A DNA stretch of 60,816 bases, the filler included, from Hausera hauseri (taxonomy: Eukaryota): assembly GCA_046269625.1 (NCBI GenBank). It is 12 parts of 12 records of this genome, joined end to end, with 100 filler letters (N's around TTAATTAATTAA, not from the genome) between each part and the next. Parts side by side here need not be neighbours in the genome. Positions count along the whole stretch, not along the records: positions 56,771 to 60,816 come from JBJURY010795646.1; 11 more parts are not named here. One strand, 5' to 3'. Made by a program: the position numbers and the translations under genes. Position 1 is the stretch's first letter. Each line of letters starts with the position of its first letter. Shown in pieces: positions 59,510-60,816 of the stretch. Under the pieces are notes generated by a model that made no database searches, had not been told where the DNA came from, and saw only the letters and a list, made by a program, of their open reading frames with translations.

Positions 59510-60816
59510 TAATTCCAACTGCGTGGCACCCATCACTGATAGTACAGCTGTCAACACTATCTTCAAAACGAACATTCTGCACCTAATACCACCCTGTCAC
59601 AACACCTCGTCTACAACTCATACCTTAACTGCATCCACTCACGCTACATCGACACCATCTGAAAACTTTTCATCATTACCCTCTGACTTACAGCAATATA
59701 TTTCGACTTCCTGCGCGCGTCTCTTGCAAAAGGACAAATTATTCGTTCCACCTAAATCCACCTTCCATCACATAGTTACAGCACATTAAAGACCAATAGG
59801 TCAAAAGGTCCGCCCACTATTGCCTCTGCGCAGACAGGCAGTTCAGGCTGAGTTTCTCGAATTGGAAAAAGCAGGAATAATCAGAAGATCCAAATCCCCT
59901 TGGTCTTCACTACATGTGGATCCAAAAAAGGATGATACCTTTCGCCCATGCGATGACTACCGCCAACTCAACATCATAACAACAACGGATGCTTACCGTC
60001 TGACATTAATCTACGATATCATTCACAGGCTCCATGGTTCGACCATTTTTCCTGCATTGATTTGCACAAAGCATACCACCAAATTCCGGTGGCCCCAGCA
60101 GACATTCCAAAAACGGCTGTCATTATACCTTTCGGCCTTTTCGAATACGCTTTCATGCCTTTTTGACTCCGTAGCACTTCCCTGATCTTCCAAAGGCATA
60201 TTGATACAGTCCTCTCATGTGTAAACTTTGCTTATCCCTATATCGATGATATCCTAATTGCATCATCTTCCTCGAAACAACACTCCGAACACTTATGTTT
60301 AATCTTCTAGCGCTTGCACCAAAACAACTTGCAAATTAATTTCTCCAAATGCTCTTTTTTCAACATAAGGTCAACTACCTAGTACATATCATTAGCTCCT
60401 CTGGACATTCACCTCAGCCAAAGCGCATCACACAGCCCAAAAACATACAGATACCACGTACATCAACAGAGATGCGTTCTTTCCTCGGTACCTTGCACTT
60501 TATTCATAAGTATATTTTGCACTGCTTCACTCTAACCGCTCCATTTGCATCACTAAGCTCTGGCAAGAAGAAACATCCTATTCAATGGACCGCCAAGCTA
60601 GTCAACGCTTTCGATCACCTCAAGGAGAATTAAAAACCGTAGAAATCCTGGCCTATCCAGACTCCCATGCAGAACTCTTCTTAACCACGGACGCATACAC
60701 AACAGCTGCATGTGTTGTCCTCCATCAAGTCAAAAATGGATCCCATGAGCCATTAGAATTCTTCTCTCGAAAATTCACAGCACAAGAGCAAAGATATTCT
60801 ACCTTTGACAGAGAGT
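59510..60816 (+). mobile_element. Ty3/Gypsy family A degenerate RT-RNaseH; copy A6
   Basis: ELEKAGIIRRSKSPWSS, YPYIDDIL, MRSFLG, TTDA, LEFFSRK, YSTFDRE. Confidence 0.93.

Overview
This window is not one locus. It is 12 unrelated contigs joined by artificial 100-bp spacers (N44-TTAATTAATTAA-N44): 1-7090, 7191-12080, 12181-18269, 18370-23854, 23955-28274, 28375-33285, 33386-37612, 37713-41773, 41874-46157, 46258-51664, 51765-56670 and 56771-60816. Most contigs are AT-rich eukaryotic, probably metazoan, DNA full of decayed mobile elements. These include four protein-primed PolB genes of Polinton/adintovirus type (one beside an adenain-like protease), about seven fragments of one Ty3/Gypsy family, a second Gypsy family and a Tc1/mariner remnant. 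Degenerate host-gene fragments are also present (ARMC4/ODAD2, ELOF1, TECPR2/HPS5-like, CEP164-like). Contig 7 looks like teleost DNA and holds the 5' end of an RTE LINE with an HDV-like ribozyme fold. Contig 8 is bacterial (ridA-nadC-yggS convergent with tgt and a dsbD C-terminus) and switches abruptly to non-bacterial-looking DNA. The most notable observations are: (1) the pPolB genes share an unrecognised tandem Cys/His N-terminal repeat, and in two copies the ATG is separated from the rest of the gene by a conserved phase-0 intron; (2) the HDV-like ribozyme has a large J1/2 insert; (3) the Gypsy integrases end in a conserved peptide; (4) the TGT lacks its zinc-binding cysteines. All homology calls were made by eye from remembered family motifs; no searches were run.
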